Part shown: in pieces, positions 9,389-18,955 of the stretch
Layout of the letters: the number at the start of each line of letters is the position of its first letter
How positions within the stretch are numbered: position 1 is the stretch's first letter
Program-made: the position numbers and the translations under genes
Notes under the pieces: generated by a model
The model's database searches: none
Told to the model about the DNA's origin: nothing
What the model saw: only the letters and a program-made list of their open reading frames with translations
Assembly: GCA_017610305.1 (NCBI GenBank)
Contig: JAFCCJ010000003.1
Coordinates: 1 to 44,471, forward strand
Direction of reading: 5' to 3'
Source: Candidatus Iainarchaeum sp.
Lineage (GTDB): Archaea > Iainarchaeota > Iainarchaeia > Iainarchaeales > JAFCCJ01
DNA: 44,471 nt

Positions 9389-10087
9389 TTGGATTTTTTG
9401 GTTATTCTGTTCGCGTTAGTCCTTACAGCAGTCCACTATTTCTCAGGAGTCTATTCAAAACCCATTGAAAAATGGCATTCGAAAATCATTTCCTTCTCAG
9501 CAGGGCTGTTTATTGCGTTCATTTTCCTTTACATTCTCCCTGAAGTTTTCGCAGGTGTTGAAATTCTGGGTGACACCATATTTCTCCTGCTTTTGCTGGG
9601 ATTTGTTATTTTCCATGTTGCCGAAAAATATATCTACCAGCATGTAAAAAACAAGGATGAGATGCTAAAAGACCTGGCAGGGATACACACCATGGGATTT
9701 TTCCTCAACCATTTTGTTGTTGGCATGCTCCTTTACTTTTCCACAGACCCTGATAAGGGGATTTTGGGAATCCTTGTTTTCCTCCCTCTCCTCCTCCACA
9801 CCCTCTCCTCGTCCCTCTCCCTCAACCACATCGACAGGCATTTCAACAGCAGACCACTTTCAATTTTAATTGCATTTTCCCCCGTATTTGGTGCCCTGTT
9901 TGCGATGTTGTTGCAGATTAATGTGGGAGTCCATTACACCTTCTATTCCTTTGCGATAGGCGCCCTTCTTTACATAGTTGTGCGGGACATGCTTCCGCAG
10001 AAAGGCGAGGGAAAACCAATATTTTTCATTATCGGATTGGTTATAAGTGCGATTCTTATCTTTGGCATTAATGGCCTGTCACTGTAA
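9389..10087 (+). CDS. ZIP-family-like metal transporter
   Basis: About 8 TM segments; SFSAG..F..ILPE, His residues in TM4/5, GALLYIVVRDMLP. Confidence 0.7.
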   Translation: MDFLVILFALVLTAVHYFSGVYSKPIEKWHSKIISFSAGLFIAFIFLYILPEVFAGVEILGDTIFLLLLLGFVIFHVAEKYIYQHVKNKDEMLKDLAGIHTMGFFLNHFVVGMLLYFSTDPDKGILGILVFLPLLLHTLSSSLSLNHIDRHFNSRPLSILIAFSPVFGALFAMLLQINVGVHYTFYSFAIGALLYIVVRDMLPQKGEGKPIFFIIGLVISAILIFGINGLSL

Positions 10088-10148
10088 ATTTCTTCGGTTT
10101 TGCATAAAGAATTAAATTCCTTTCCCAACCATAAGATTCTGTGATTAT

Positions 10149-10820
10149 ATGAAATTACCTGTCCTTTTTTTAAACTTCAAAACATATGAGCAGGGAACGG
10201 GCAAAAAGGCGCGGGAACTTGCAAAAATTGCCGAGGCAATCGCAATGGAAACAGGCAAATCAATAGCCCTGGTTGTGCAGGCAGCAGACATCCGGATGCT
10301 TGCTGAAGCGGTTGACCTTCCGATTTTTGCCCAGCACATAGATCCAGTATCCTATGGCTCGAATACCGGGAAAATTCTCCCTGAAACAGTTAAGGAAGCA
10401 GGTGCAATAGGGACAGTTATAAACCACGCTGAGAACAAGAGAGACAATAAATTTGTTGAGGATGCTGTGAAAAGGGCAAAAGAAACCGGCCTAACTGTTA
10501 TGGTTTGTGCCGAAACAACTGAAAGGGCAAAAGAAGTTGCCGCCTTCTCCCCGCAATTTATCGCTGTTGAACCCCCTGAACTTATTGGCGGGGTTATTTC
10601 AGTTTCAACCGCTAAGCCTGAAATAATTTCTGATTCAGTTGAGGCGGTAAAAGAAATCAATTCAGAAATAGACTTGATAACCGGTGCAGGGGTAAACTCA
10701 ACAGCAGATGTCGAAAAGAGCACCGAGCTCGGCGCCAAAGGCGTATTTGTGGCATCAAAAATCCTGAAAGCCGATGACCCGAAAAAAGCCATTGAAGAAT
10801 TAGTCGCAGGATTCAAGTGA
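10149..10820 (+). CDS. tpiA: Triosephosphate isomerase, archaeal type
   Basis: NFKTY, AQH, NHAE, AVEPPELIG, GAGV, GVFVAS. Confidence 0.96.
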   Translation: MKLPVLFLNFKTYEQGTGKKARELAKIAEAIAMETGKSIALVVQAADIRMLAEAVDLPIFAQHIDPVSYGSNTGKILPETVKEAGAIGTVINHAENKRDNKFVEDAVKRAKETGLTVMVCAETTERAKEVAAFSPQFIAVEPPELIGGVISVSTAKPEIISDSVEAVKEINSEIDLITGAGVNSTADVEKSTELGAKGVFVASKILKADDPKKAIEELVAGFK

Positions 10821-10824
10821 TTCA

Positions 10825-11463
10825 ATGTCTAAATTCAAAAGGCTAAAAACGGAAGAGGAGAAACCGCTCCAGATTTGGAATTATATCCCTATTGTATTAA
10901 TTATTTTGATTGCGGCATTTCTATTATGGTATTTTACCAATAGCCCGGGCATCGACCTCACACCATATCTTGAAAACGAACCAACATTAGGTTCAGCAGA
11001 CGCAAAAGTGACAATTGTTGAATTCTCCGATTTTGAATGTTCTTTTTGTGCAGCTGCTGCCTCAACTGTAAGGCAGGTTGTTAATGAATATGATGGAAAG
11101 GTAAAACTGGTTTACAAGAATTTTCCCATCCCATCCCATGACGATGCAATGGCCGCCGCCGAAGCCTCTGAATGCGCCTATGACCAGGGAAAATTCTGGG
11201 AATACCATGATAAACTCTTCGAGAACCAGGGAAATCTTGGGATTGCGAGTTTGAGGCGGTTTGCCAATGAAGTAGGCCTGAATGAGCGGCAATTTATTGA
11301 TTGTTTAGGTTCAGGGAGCAAGAATGTCGAGGTTAATGGCGACATTTCCCATGGCAAGATTGCGGGAATCACAGGAACCCCGGCTTTTTTCATAAATGGC
11401 AAAAAACTTCCGAACAATTCTATAGAAACATTTAGAGCCGTAATTAATCAGGAATTGGGCTAA
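10825..11463 (+). CDS. Membrane-anchored DsbA-family thiol-disulfide oxidoreductase
   Basis: N-terminal TM, EFSDFECSFC, GITGTP. Confidence 0.92.
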   Translation: MSKFKRLKTEEEKPLQIWNYIPIVLIILIAAFLLWYFTNSPGIDLTPYLENEPTLGSADAKVTIVEFSDFECSFCAAAASTVRQVVNEYDGKVKLVYKNFPIPSHDDAMAAAEASECAYDQGKFWEYHDKLFENQGNLGIASLRRFANEVGLNERQFIDCLGSGSKNVEVNGDISHGKIAGITGTPAFFINGKKLPNNSIETFRAVINQELG

Positions 11464-11605
11464 ATTAACCAATTAACGTTATATAGTAATCCTTATATAT
11501 TACCTCGACCCCTAATTAATAAGCCGAAATACGTTCTAAATCATTGGCTTTTTAAATATTTATTAAAGGAATAAATAAAGATTACTTTTTGGAGGGGAAA
11601 TCAAA

Positions 11606-12379
11606 GTGAGTGATGAAAAAGGGACATTTAATGAAAATAACTTGCTTCCAATAAGCATTGTAATTGCTTCGCTTATTGTTGCAGGAACAGTTTTTATGGT
11701 TGGAGGAAATCTATCCGGCCAGATAACAGGTTTAACAGTCGCAATAGATTCTATTGAGGTTACTGGAGGAGGGGACTCAGGAGATTCAGGAGCAGTTGTT
11801 GTTCCGCCAAAAAATGATGGTGACAGTGGCAATGACACCCCGCCCGTACCGCCGCCAACAGCAGATGTAGGAGAGCTTGTAGATGATGACGATGCTGTAA
11901 GGGGCCCAGAGGACGCAAAGATAACAATAGTTGAATTTTCCGACTTTGAATGCCCTTTTTGTGGCAGGGCAATTCCTGTCGTGGAACAGGTTATGGAGGA
12001 ATATGAGGGAGACGTTAAGTTGATTTTCAAGGACTTCCCACTAAGTTTCCACCAGAATGCACAGAAGGCCGCAGAGGCTGCAGAGTGTGCCGGAGAGCAG
12101 GACCAGTACTATGAGTACCATGACGTGCTCTTCGACAACCAAACCGCGCTGTCAATTTCGGATTTGAAGCAGTATGCCGCCGATTTAGGGCTGGATACTG
12201 AGGCTTTCAACTCATGCCTTGATAACGGGGATATGGCTGCAGAAGTGCAGGCAGATTTCGCAGCAGGACAGGCGGTAGGAGTAAGCGGAACACCGACATT
12301 CTTTATCAATGGACAGAAGATTGTTGGGGCTCAGCCATTCTCTGCATTTAAGCAGATAATTGACGCAGAACTTTCATAA
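11606..12379 (+). CDS. Membrane-anchored DsbA-family oxidoreductase (second paralogue)
   Basis: TM, G/D/P-rich linker, EFSDFECPFC, GVSGTP, GAQP. Confidence 0.93.
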   Translation: MSDEKGTFNENNLLPISIVIASLIVAGTVFMVGGNLSGQITGLTVAIDSIEVTGGGDSGDSGAVVVPPKNDGDSGNDTPPVPPPTADVGELVDDDDAVRGPEDAKITIVEFSDFECPFCGRAIPVVEQVMEEYEGDVKLIFKDFPLSFHQNAQKAAEAAECAGEQDQYYEYHDVLFDNQTALSISDLKQYAADLGLDTEAFNSCLDNGDMAAEVQADFAAGQAVGVSGTPTFFINGQKIVGAQPFSAFKQIIDAELS

Positions 12380-12385
12380 GTGAAT

Positions 12386-12428
12386 AGGGGCATAAAAACC
12401 CCCGTTCTCTTTCTTTTTCTCTTTTTTT
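12386..12428 (+). terminator. Putative terminator: short hairpin plus T-rich tract
   Basis: GGGG-CATAAAAA-CCCC followed by TTCTCTTTCTTTTTCTCTTTTTTT just after the stop codon. Confidence 0.6.
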
Positions 12429-12473
12429 CGTCATCATTAATATTATATATTTATCATACTCAATTTTTGTGAG

Positions 12474-12716
12474 GTGAAGCAATTGAACGTAACAGTATAT
12501 TCAACATCAACATGCCCTTATTGTCAGATGGCAAAAGAATTCCTTAAGGAGAACAATATTGAGTTTCAGGAGGCCGATGTTTCTGCGGACTCTGAGAAGC
12601 TCAAAGAGATGGTCGATAAGTCAGGCCAGCAGGGAGTTCCTGTTCTCGATATAGGTGGCAAAATAATTGTCGGATTTGACAAGGGAGCTATAAAAGAAGC
12701 CCTTGGCCTCAAATGA
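12474..12716 (+). CDS. Glutaredoxin/NrdH-like redoxin
   Basis: CPYC, GQQGVPV, IIVGFD; start may be TTG 12483. Confidence 0.92.
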   Translation: MKQLNVTVYSTSTCPYCQMAKEFLKENNIEFQEADVSADSEKLKEMVDKSGQQGVPVLDIGGKIIVGFDKGAIKEALGLK

Positions 12717-12734
12717 CTTTTCAGGATTGATTCT

Positions 12735-12995
12735 ATGGCTGTAATCGTATATACTCTGCCTAATTGCCCGACCTGCAATCTGGCAAAAGAATTCCTCAAG
12801 GAAAACAATGTGGAATTTGAAAGCTATGATGTAATCGAGAACAAGGAAAGGGCAAAAGAAATGGTGGAGAAAAGAAGGTCAGTAAGAACTGATGATGATA
12901 GGGACGTTCATTTTCCGGTTATTGATGTAAATGGTAAAATTCTAAATGGTTTCTCGGCAGAAGAATTGGGTGAAGCGCTGGGCCTGAACAAGTAA
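12735..12995 (+). CDS. Glutaredoxin/NrdH-like redoxin
   Basis: CPTC, FPVIDVNG, GF. Confidence 0.88.
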   Translation: MAVIVYTLPNCPTCNLAKEFLKENNVEFESYDVIENKERAKEMVEKRRSVRTDDDRDVHFPVIDVNGKILNGFSAEELGEALGLNK

Positions 12996-13016
12996 TTCTA
13001 AAGGAGCACACAAATA

Positions 13017-14183
13017 ATGCCTGACATATATGAAGAATCGGTTGCGTTGCACAGGAAGCACAAGGGAAAGCTTGAGGTAAACTCAAAGCTTCCGATAAAA
13101 ACAATGAAGGATCTCTCCCTTTGCTACACCCCTGGAGTCGCACAACCCTGCAGGCTTATTGCCGAAAAGCCTGAGGAGGTGTTTTCCCTGACAATGAAAG
13201 CCAATATGGTTGCTGTTGTAAGTGATGGTTCGGCCGTTCTTGGTCTTGGAAATATTGGTCCTGAAGCGGCGCTCCCTGTTATGGAGGGGAAGGCTGCATT
13301 GTTCAAAGAATTTGCAGGAGTCGACGCATTCCCAATATGCCTGAATACGCAAAATCCTGAGGAAATAGTTGATGTGGTGAGAAAAATCTCGCCCGTTTTT
13401 GCGGGAATAAACCTTGAGGACATTTCAGCTCCCAGATGCTTTGATGTCGAATCCAAACTCCTTGATTTAGGAATCCCTGTTTTTCACGATGACCAGCACG
13501 GAACCGCAATAGTGGTTCTTGCGGCGATAATTAATGCCTCAAAAGTCATAGGAAAGGAGATTCCTGAAATGAGTGTTGTGATAAATGGCGCAGGTGCAGC
13601 AGGGACTGCGGTCGCGGAGGCCCTGCTTAATTACGGGATAAAAAATATTGTCGTGTGTGACAGCAAGGGGATAATTTCAAAAGACAGGGAAGGCTTGAAT
13701 TCCTACAAAAAAGAACTTGCGGAAAAAACAAATCACTCAAACTTAACAGGGGACCTTTCTGTTGCGGTAAAGGGCATGGATGTTTTTATCGGCGTTTCCA
13801 TAGCAGGGGCATTAAAGAAAGAAATGGTGCAAACAATGAACAAAAACCCAATTATTTTTGCCATGGCAAACCCAACCCCTGAAATAATGCCTGATGAGGC
13901 AAGAGATGCCGGTGCGGCAGTTATTGGGACTGGGAGAAGCGATTTCCCAAACCAGATAAACAATGTTCTTGCCTTTCCGGGGATTTTCCGTGGTGCAATA
14001 GACGCAAAGGCAAAAGAGATTAATGTTGAAATGAAGCTTGCGGCGGCAAAGGCCCTCGCTTCATATGTGAAAGAGCCAAAGGCGGAAATGATTCTTCCCG
14101 ACCCCCTTGACAGGGGCGTTGCTGAGGCGGTTGCAAAGGCGGTTGCGGCCGCAGCCGAAGAAACAGGCGTTACAAGGAAATGA
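13017..14183 (+). CDS. NAD(P)-dependent malic enzyme
   Basis: YTPGVA, DGSAVLGLG, MEGKA, NLEDI, FHDDQHGTA, GAGAAG, ANPTPEI, NNVLAFPGIFRG. Confidence 0.95.
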   Translation: MPDIYEESVALHRKHKGKLEVNSKLPIKTMKDLSLCYTPGVAQPCRLIAEKPEEVFSLTMKANMVAVVSDGSAVLGLGNIGPEAALPVMEGKAALFKEFAGVDAFPICLNTQNPEEIVDVVRKISPVFAGINLEDISAPRCFDVESKLLDLGIPVFHDDQHGTAIVVLAAIINASKVIGKEIPEMSVVINGAGAAGTAVAEALLNYGIKNIVVCDSKGIISKDREGLNSYKKELAEKTNHSNLTGDLSVAVKGMDVFIGVSIAGALKKEMVQTMNKNPIIFAMANPTPEIMPDEARDAGAAVIGTGRSDFPNQINNVLAFPGIFRGAIDAKAKEINVEMKLAAAKALASYVKEPKAEMILPDPLDRGVAEAVAKAVAAAAEETGVTRK

Positions 14184-14226
14184 CAAGCTTTAAATTGATT
14201 GAATTTGTATTTATTTTGGTGATTGA

Positions 14227-14421
14227 ATGGCTTTTGAAATAACACATGAAAGGGACAAGTGCATTGGCTGCGGGACCTGTGTTGCAATCTGCCCTGATAA
14301 TTGGGAGCTGAAAGAGGATGGCAAGTCCTCTCCAAAGCAGACATCTCTTGAGGAAGTCGGCTGTAATAAGGATGCGGAAGAAAATTGCCCGGTTAAAATA
14401 ATCCATGTGGCAGAAGTGTAA
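14227..14421 (+). CDS. Monocluster ferredoxin
   Basis: CIGCGTCVAICP ... CPVKII. Confidence 0.92.
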   Translation: MAFEITHERDKCIGCGTCVAICPDNWELKEDGKSSPKQTSLEEVGCNKDAEENCPVKIIHVAEV

Positions 14422-14435
14422 GAAAACCACCTTTA

Positions 14436-14870
14436 TTATTTCAGAGTATGTGAAATTATTGCAGGGCAAACCCTAGTTACCCCATCCATCTTTGAAACCT
14501 TCTCTTCGATGAAATCGGTGAGTGTGCGATTGTCCTTTATCCAAATCTCAGCCATAATCATATGGTCGCCGGTTGAGGTTGAGAGCGATTTAATTTCATC
14601 AAATTCCGCAATCTTTTTCGCGACTTCGAGGAATTTATCGGGCGCTGTGTCCAAACCAACCAATGCAACAGTGTTGAAGCCAAGCTTTTTAGGGTCAAGG
14701 ACAACACAATATCCCTTGATGATTCCTTCCTTTTCCAGCTCCCCGACCCTTTTCCTTACGGTTGATTCACTGACATTTAGAGCCTTTGCTATGGCAGTAA
14801 ATGCAACCCTCGCATTCTTCTCCAGCATATTGATTATCTGGAAATCCCGGTCATCAAGAATATAGTTCAT
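14436..14870 (-). CDS. lrpA: Lrp/AsnC transcriptional regulator, LrpA-like
   Basis: HTH NARVAFTAIAKALNVSESTVRKRV; GDHMIMAEIW and VCPAII resemble Pyrococcus LrpA. Confidence 0.88.
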   Translation of the reverse strand: MNYILDDRDFQIINMLEKNARVAFTAIAKALNVSESTVRKRVGELEKEGIIKGYCVVLDPKKLGFNTVALVGLDTAPDKFLEVAKKIAEFDEIKSLSTSTGDHMIMAEIWIKDNRTLTDFIEEKVSKMDGVTRVCPAIISHTLK

Positions 14871-14884
14871 AGTAAAAGCAATTC

Positions 14885-14958
14885 ACGAAATATATATAAA
14901 TTTATCACTAATTTCGTTATTATTTCATAAAAGTTCGTTAATAATTTAAATATTTTCG
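14885..14958. promoter_or_regulatory. Candidate phased Lrp operator in the divergent lrp/ogg promoter
   Basis: TTCG at 14913, 14934 and 14955 (exact 21-bp period); inverted pair ACGAAAT (14885) / ATTTCGT (14911). Confidence 0.5.
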
Positions 14959-14984
14959 AACCCAGTTGCTTTATCGTGGTTTAA

Positions 14985-15599
14985 ATGATAGAAAAAGACA
15001 TTTCCTTACTCAGGCAGAATTACCGCCAGAGGAAGGAAGAAATCAGGAAAAGGCTTGAGGAATTTTCAAAGGTAAAGGGGAGTGGCGTTTTCTACGAACT
15101 TTGCTTTTGCCTTCTCACCCCGCAGTCAAATGCCAAGGGCTGCGATGCCGCAGTAAGAAGGCTTAAGGCACAGGGATTTTTCAAAAAGGACATTGACCCA
15201 AAAAAACAGGTTAAACCAATAAGATTTTACAACAACAAATCAGCATATCTTATTCACGCAAAAAATAACTACCCTGAAATAAAGTCCAGGATTAATTCAA
15301 TTGAAAAATCATCCGAACTCAGGGAATGGTTAGTTAAAAATGTAAAGGGTTTTGGATACAAGGAGGCAAGTCATTTCCTCCGTAACACCGGCCACAGAAA
15401 TCTCGCAATTTTGGACAGGCACATCATGAAAAATCTTTTCAGATTCGGGGTTATTGATGAGATTCCGAAATCACTCACGGCAAAAAAATACCTTGAAACT
15501 GAAAAGAAATTCCGTAAATTTTCAGGCAGGATTGGAATCCCGATGGATGAACTGGACTTGCTTTTCTGGAGCATGGAAACCGGGGAGATTTTCAAATGA
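14985..15599 (+). CDS. ogg: 8-oxoguanine DNA glycosylase/AP lyase (OGG2 type)
   Basis: ELCFCLLT, RFYNNK, KGFGYKEASHFLRN, AILDRH, LDLLFWSMETGEIFK. Confidence 0.93.
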   Translation: MIEKDISLLRQNYRQRKEEIRKRLEEFSKVKGSGVFYELCFCLLTPQSNAKGCDAAVRRLKAQGFFKKDIDPKKQVKPIRFYNNKSAYLIHAKNNYPEIKSRINSIEKSSELREWLVKNVKGFGYKEASHFLRNTGHRNLAILDRHIMKNLFRFGVIDEIPKSLTAKKYLETEKKFRKFSGRIGIPMDELDLLFWSMETGEIFK

Positions 15600-16252
15600 A
15601 GGGCGGAAAAGAAATATCCGGCATAGTAACCGGGATTAAAAAATTCCTTGGCAAAACCAAACCAATAATATCCTACCAAAATCCGTTCAAGGTCCTAATT
15701 GCAACTGTCCTAAGCGCAAGGACAAGGGATGCAAATACTGCAAAGGCCGCAAAGAGCCTTTTTTCGGAATACAACAACCCTAAAAAATTGGCAAACGCAA
15801 GAACGAAAGATATTGAGAAACTGATAAGGGTGAGTGGTTTTTACAAAACAAAAGCAAAACGAATAAAGGAATTAAGTAATGTGTTGATTATGAATTTTGG
15901 GGGAAAGGTTCCCGATAATTTAGAAGATTTGGTTTCCCTTCCAGGGGTCGGAAGAAAGACGGCGAACTGCGTTCTGTGCTATGCATTCAATATTCCCGCA
16001 ATAGCGGTGGACACGCACGTCCATAGAATTTCCAATCGTTTGGGTTTGGTTAAAACAAAAATCCCCGAGGAAACTGAGAAATCTCTTTTGGAAACACTCA
16101 CAAAGAGATACTGGCTTGACATCAATGAATTAATGGTTAAGTTCGGCCAAAAAATGTGCCTCCCACGTTCCCCGAAATGCGGAAAATGCCCTATCAATTC
16201 TTATTGTGATTATTATGAAAATATTTATTTGCCTGAAAAAGGAGGGGCCTGA
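15596..16252 (+). CDS. nth: Endonuclease III
   Basis: LIATVLSA, LPGVGRKTA, AVDTHVHR, C-x6-C-x2-C-x5-C Fe-S motif. Confidence 0.95.
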   Translation: MKGGKEISGIVTGIKKFLGKTKPIISYQNPFKVLIATVLSARTRDANTAKAAKSLFSEYNNPKKLANARTKDIEKLIRVSGFYKTKAKRIKELSNVLIMNFGGKVPDNLEDLVSLPGVGRKTANCVLCYAFNIPAIAVDTHVHRISNRLGLVKTKIPEETEKSLLETLTKRYWLDINELMVKFGQKMCLPRSPKCGKCPINSYCDYYENIYLPEKGGA

Positions 16253-16488
16253 TGATTGAGATATACCAATTAGAAGAGTGCGGTTACTGCAGAATAGTAA
16301 GGGCAAAGCTTGCAGAACTTAGAATAGAATACAAAACCCACGATGTTCCGAGGGATAAAAATGACAGGGATGAAGTCGATAAGATTTCCGGCCAAAGGCT
16401 TGTGCCTGTGCTGGTTGACAGGGAGAATGGCATAGTGCTTTCCGATTCCGAAAAGATAGTTGAATATCTGAAAAAGAATTACGGGTAA
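16252..16488 (+). CDS. Glutaredoxin/GST-N-like protein
   Basis: CGYC, SGQRLVPVLVD, DSEKIVEYL. Confidence 0.88.
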   Translation: MIEIYQLEECGYCRIVRAKLAELRIEYKTHDVPRDKNDRDEVDKISGQRLVPVLVDRENGIVLSDSEKIVEYLKKNYG

Positions 16489-16492
16489 AAAA

Positions 16493-17416
16493 ATGGGAAT
16501 AACTCTGCCAAAACCCCTGGAAGAAAGAATGCAAAAACTGCTTGGTAAGGACTTTTTGCAGTTTATTGACGCAATCCAGGATAAGCCAGTTAGGGCAATA
16601 AGGCACAACACCCTAAAATGCGGCAAAAGTGAAATGCTAAAGGAACTTTCTTTGGAGGGGATAACCGCAAAATCATTTCCTGCAATAAAAGGCGCATTCC
16701 TTGTGCAGGAAGGCGTTAGGTTTAGCGAACTTGATTCCCATAAAAATGGACTTTATTTTGTGCAGGACCTTGCTTCAATGCTCCCCCCGATAATACTCAA
16801 ACCCGTCCCTGGCGAAAGGGCACTTGACCTTGCCGCCGCACCAGGGGCAAAGGCAACCCAAATTGCGGCGATGATGGAAAACAAAGGAATACTCTTTGCG
16901 GTGGAATCAAACAGGAACAGGATGAATTCACTTAGATTCAACATTAAAAAATACAGGGTAACCAATACGCTTGCAGTTTCCGGAAATTTCCTGGCCCAAA
17001 AATTTCCTGAAAAATTCGATAGGATTCTTGCGGATGTTCCCTGTTCGGGGGAAGGAATAATCGCAAAGGATAAGGCAGTTCTTAAAATCTGGAGTGAAAA
17101 AAGAATCAAAAAAAATGCAAAGCTGCAGAAAAAGCTGCTGCTGAAAGGATTCTCGTTTTTGAAAAAAGGAGGGACACTTGTTTACTCCACCTGCACCTAT
17201 GCCCCTGAGGAAAATGAGGAAGTTATACAGCATTTGATTGACAAAAGCGAGGATGTGGTAATTGAAAGGATTTCGTTAAAAGATTTAAATTTCCACAAAG
17301 GGCTCGCCAAATGGAGGGACAAAAAATTTACTTCCGACATGAAAAACTGCGCAAGAATTTATCCGATGGATTTCAATTCCGAGGGCTTTTTCATCGCGAA
17401 AATTTCCAGGAAATAA
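16493..17416 (+). CDS. RsmB/NOL1/NOP2 RNA m5C methyltransferase
   Basis: QDLAS, LDLAAAPGAK, DVPCSGEG, YSTCT..PEENE. Confidence 0.93.
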   Translation: MGITLPKPLEERMQKLLGKDFLQFIDAIQDKPVRAIRHNTLKCGKSEMLKELSLEGITAKSFPAIKGAFLVQEGVRFSELDSHKNGLYFVQDLASMLPPIILKPVPGERALDLAAAPGAKATQIAAMMENKGILFAVESNRNRMNSLRFNIKKYRVTNTLAVSGNFLAQKFPEKFDRILADVPCSGEGIIAKDKAVLKIWSEKRIKKNAKLQKKLLLKGFSFLKKGGTLVYSTCTYAPEENEEVIQHLIDKSEDVVIERISLKDLNFHKGLAKWRDKKFTSDMKNCARIYPMDFNSEGFFIAKISRK

Positions 17417-17830
17417 CTATTTATTTTTCAGGATTTTTTTGATTTCAGTTAAATCTGCCTGAATTTCCCCAATTTCCCTCTCGGCTTTTCTGTTGATATA
17501 GTAGTCCCTTTCGGCCTTTGTCCTGTCCCTATGCATCTGCCTGTTCTGGCTCATGAGTATTACTGGCGCCTGTATTGCCGCAAGGCAGGAGAGAGCTAAA
17601 TTAAGCAGGATAAAAGGAAAGGGGTCAAATGCATTTTCATTGGTCAGATAAAATATATTTATTGCCATCCAGACAATAAGAAAAAAGAAAAATATCAGGA
17701 TAAAGGTCCAGCTTCCACCGAACTCCGCAATGGCATCTGCAGCTTTCTGGCCAAGTGTCCGTTTCTCCCTGGCAGGATGGTCCAAATCAATGTAATGGTG
17801 CTTCCCAGTATCCTTTGGCTTTTGGTTCAT
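17417..17830 (-). CDS. DUF1003 membrane protein
   Basis: ADAIAEFGGSW, FDPFPFILLNL, AAIQAPVILMSQNRQ. Confidence 0.9.
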   Translation of the reverse strand: MNQKPKDTGKHHYIDLDHPAREKRTLGQKAADAIAEFGGSWTFILIFFFFLIVWMAINIFYLTNENAFDPFPFILLNLALSCLAAIQAPVILMSQNRQMHRDRTKAERDYYINRKAEREIGEIQADLTEIKKILKNK

Positions 17831-17879
17831 AAAATCTATTATATTAACCCTTGCTCTTATTTAAATATTTCCTCAGGCC

Positions 17880-18827
17880 CTAAATATCTTCAATCCCATT
17901 TTCCGTAACCCGGTATATCGCCTCACCATCAGGAAGTGACGGTGAATCCACAAGCTTTGCAACCCTCTTGTCCTCCCTGCTCTTTCTCAGATAGAGCCTG
18001 GTTTTTGATGCATGCCCGACAATATTTCCCCCAATTGGCGCAGTAGGGTCGCCGAACAGAATGTCCGGCCTTGACATCACTTGGTTGGTTACGAGAACCG
18101 CAACATTATTCATCTCTGCAAGCTTCTGCAATGTTCTCATATGCAGGTTAAGCTTCTGCTGCCTGTCAGCCAATTTTCCCCGTCCTGGGAATTCAGACCT
18201 GAACTGGGCAGTTAAGGAGTCAACAATAACAAGCTTGATATTCTTCTCATTCACCATTTCAGCCGCCTTGTCTGCCAGCAGCATTTGATGGTCGGCATTA
18301 TAGGCACGCGCAACGAAGATATTTTTCAACACTTCCTCCGGCTTAAGCCCCTGCTTTTTTGCAACCTGCACTATCCTTTCAGGCCTGAAGGAATTTTCTG
18401 AATCAATGTAAAGGACATTCCCGCCCAACCCCCCCTTTTCAACAGGAAGCTGCGTAGTCACCGCAGTCTGAAAGCACCACTGGCTTTTTCCTGAAGCCAT
18501 CTTTCCGTAAATTTCAGTAATTGACTGGGTTTCTATTCCCCCGCCAATAAGGGTATCAACCTCTTTAGAGCCTGTTGTTATTCTTCCAACAGTTTTTCTC
18601 CTTTCCGCCAGCTTATCGGCCGACTCAAAACCCATCTCAAGCGCATCTCTTGCGGCTTTTATGGCTTTTTCTCCAGTCCCATCCCCTAAACCAGCAATCT
18701 CCTTTAATTCCATTGGAGACGCTACCGCAACATTCTCCAAAGATTTATATCCTGCAGAAAATAGTTTTTCGGCCGCGGCCGGACCCACACCAGGCAAATC
18801 CTTAACTTCAGTAATCTTCTTTCCCAT
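17880..18827 (-). CDS. radA: DNA repair and recombination protein RadA
   Basis: HhH LPGVG, GGGIETQSITE, GKMASGKSQ, IVDS, TNQV, PIGGNIVGH, DSPSLPDGEA; start ATG 18827 after AGGAGG. Confidence 0.97.
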   Translation of the reverse strand: MGKKITEVKDLPGVGPAAAEKLFSAGYKSLENVAVASPMELKEIAGLGDGTGEKAIKAARDALEMGFESADKLAERRKTVGRITTGSKEVDTLIGGGIETQSITEIYGKMASGKSQWCFQTAVTTQLPVEKGGLGGNVLYIDSENSFRPERIVQVAKKQGLKPEEVLKNIFVARAYNADHQMLLADKAAEMVNEKNIKLVIVDSLTAQFRSEFPGRGKLADRQQKLNLHMRTLQKLAEMNNVAVLVTNQVMSRPDILFGDPTAPIGGNIVGHASKTRLYLRKSREDKRVAKLVDSPSLPDGEAIYRVTENGIEDI

Positions 18828-18840
18828 ATTATCTCCTCCT

Positions 18841-18899
18841 GTGAAGGTCGGTGTTTGGGGAACACCTTTTGAGATAGGTTTCCCCCTGACTGCCTTCAC
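18841..18899 (-). promoter_or_regulatory. Structured radA 5' leader (long hairpin abutting the SD)
   Basis: GUGAAGG...CCUUCAC closing stem and GGGGAAACCU/AGGUGUUCCCC inner stem; TTTATAAA at 18922-18929 predicts a start near 18899. Confidence 0.55.
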
Positions 18900-18955
18900 T
18901 CATACTAATTAGATTCAGCCCTTTATAAATAGTTTTGGAGGTGGGTTTCCGGTGC

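Noticed and set aside
9781-9830. C/T-rich tract, possible triplex or G4 DNA
   Set aside because: Explained by Leu/Pro/Ser codons in a transmembrane segment.
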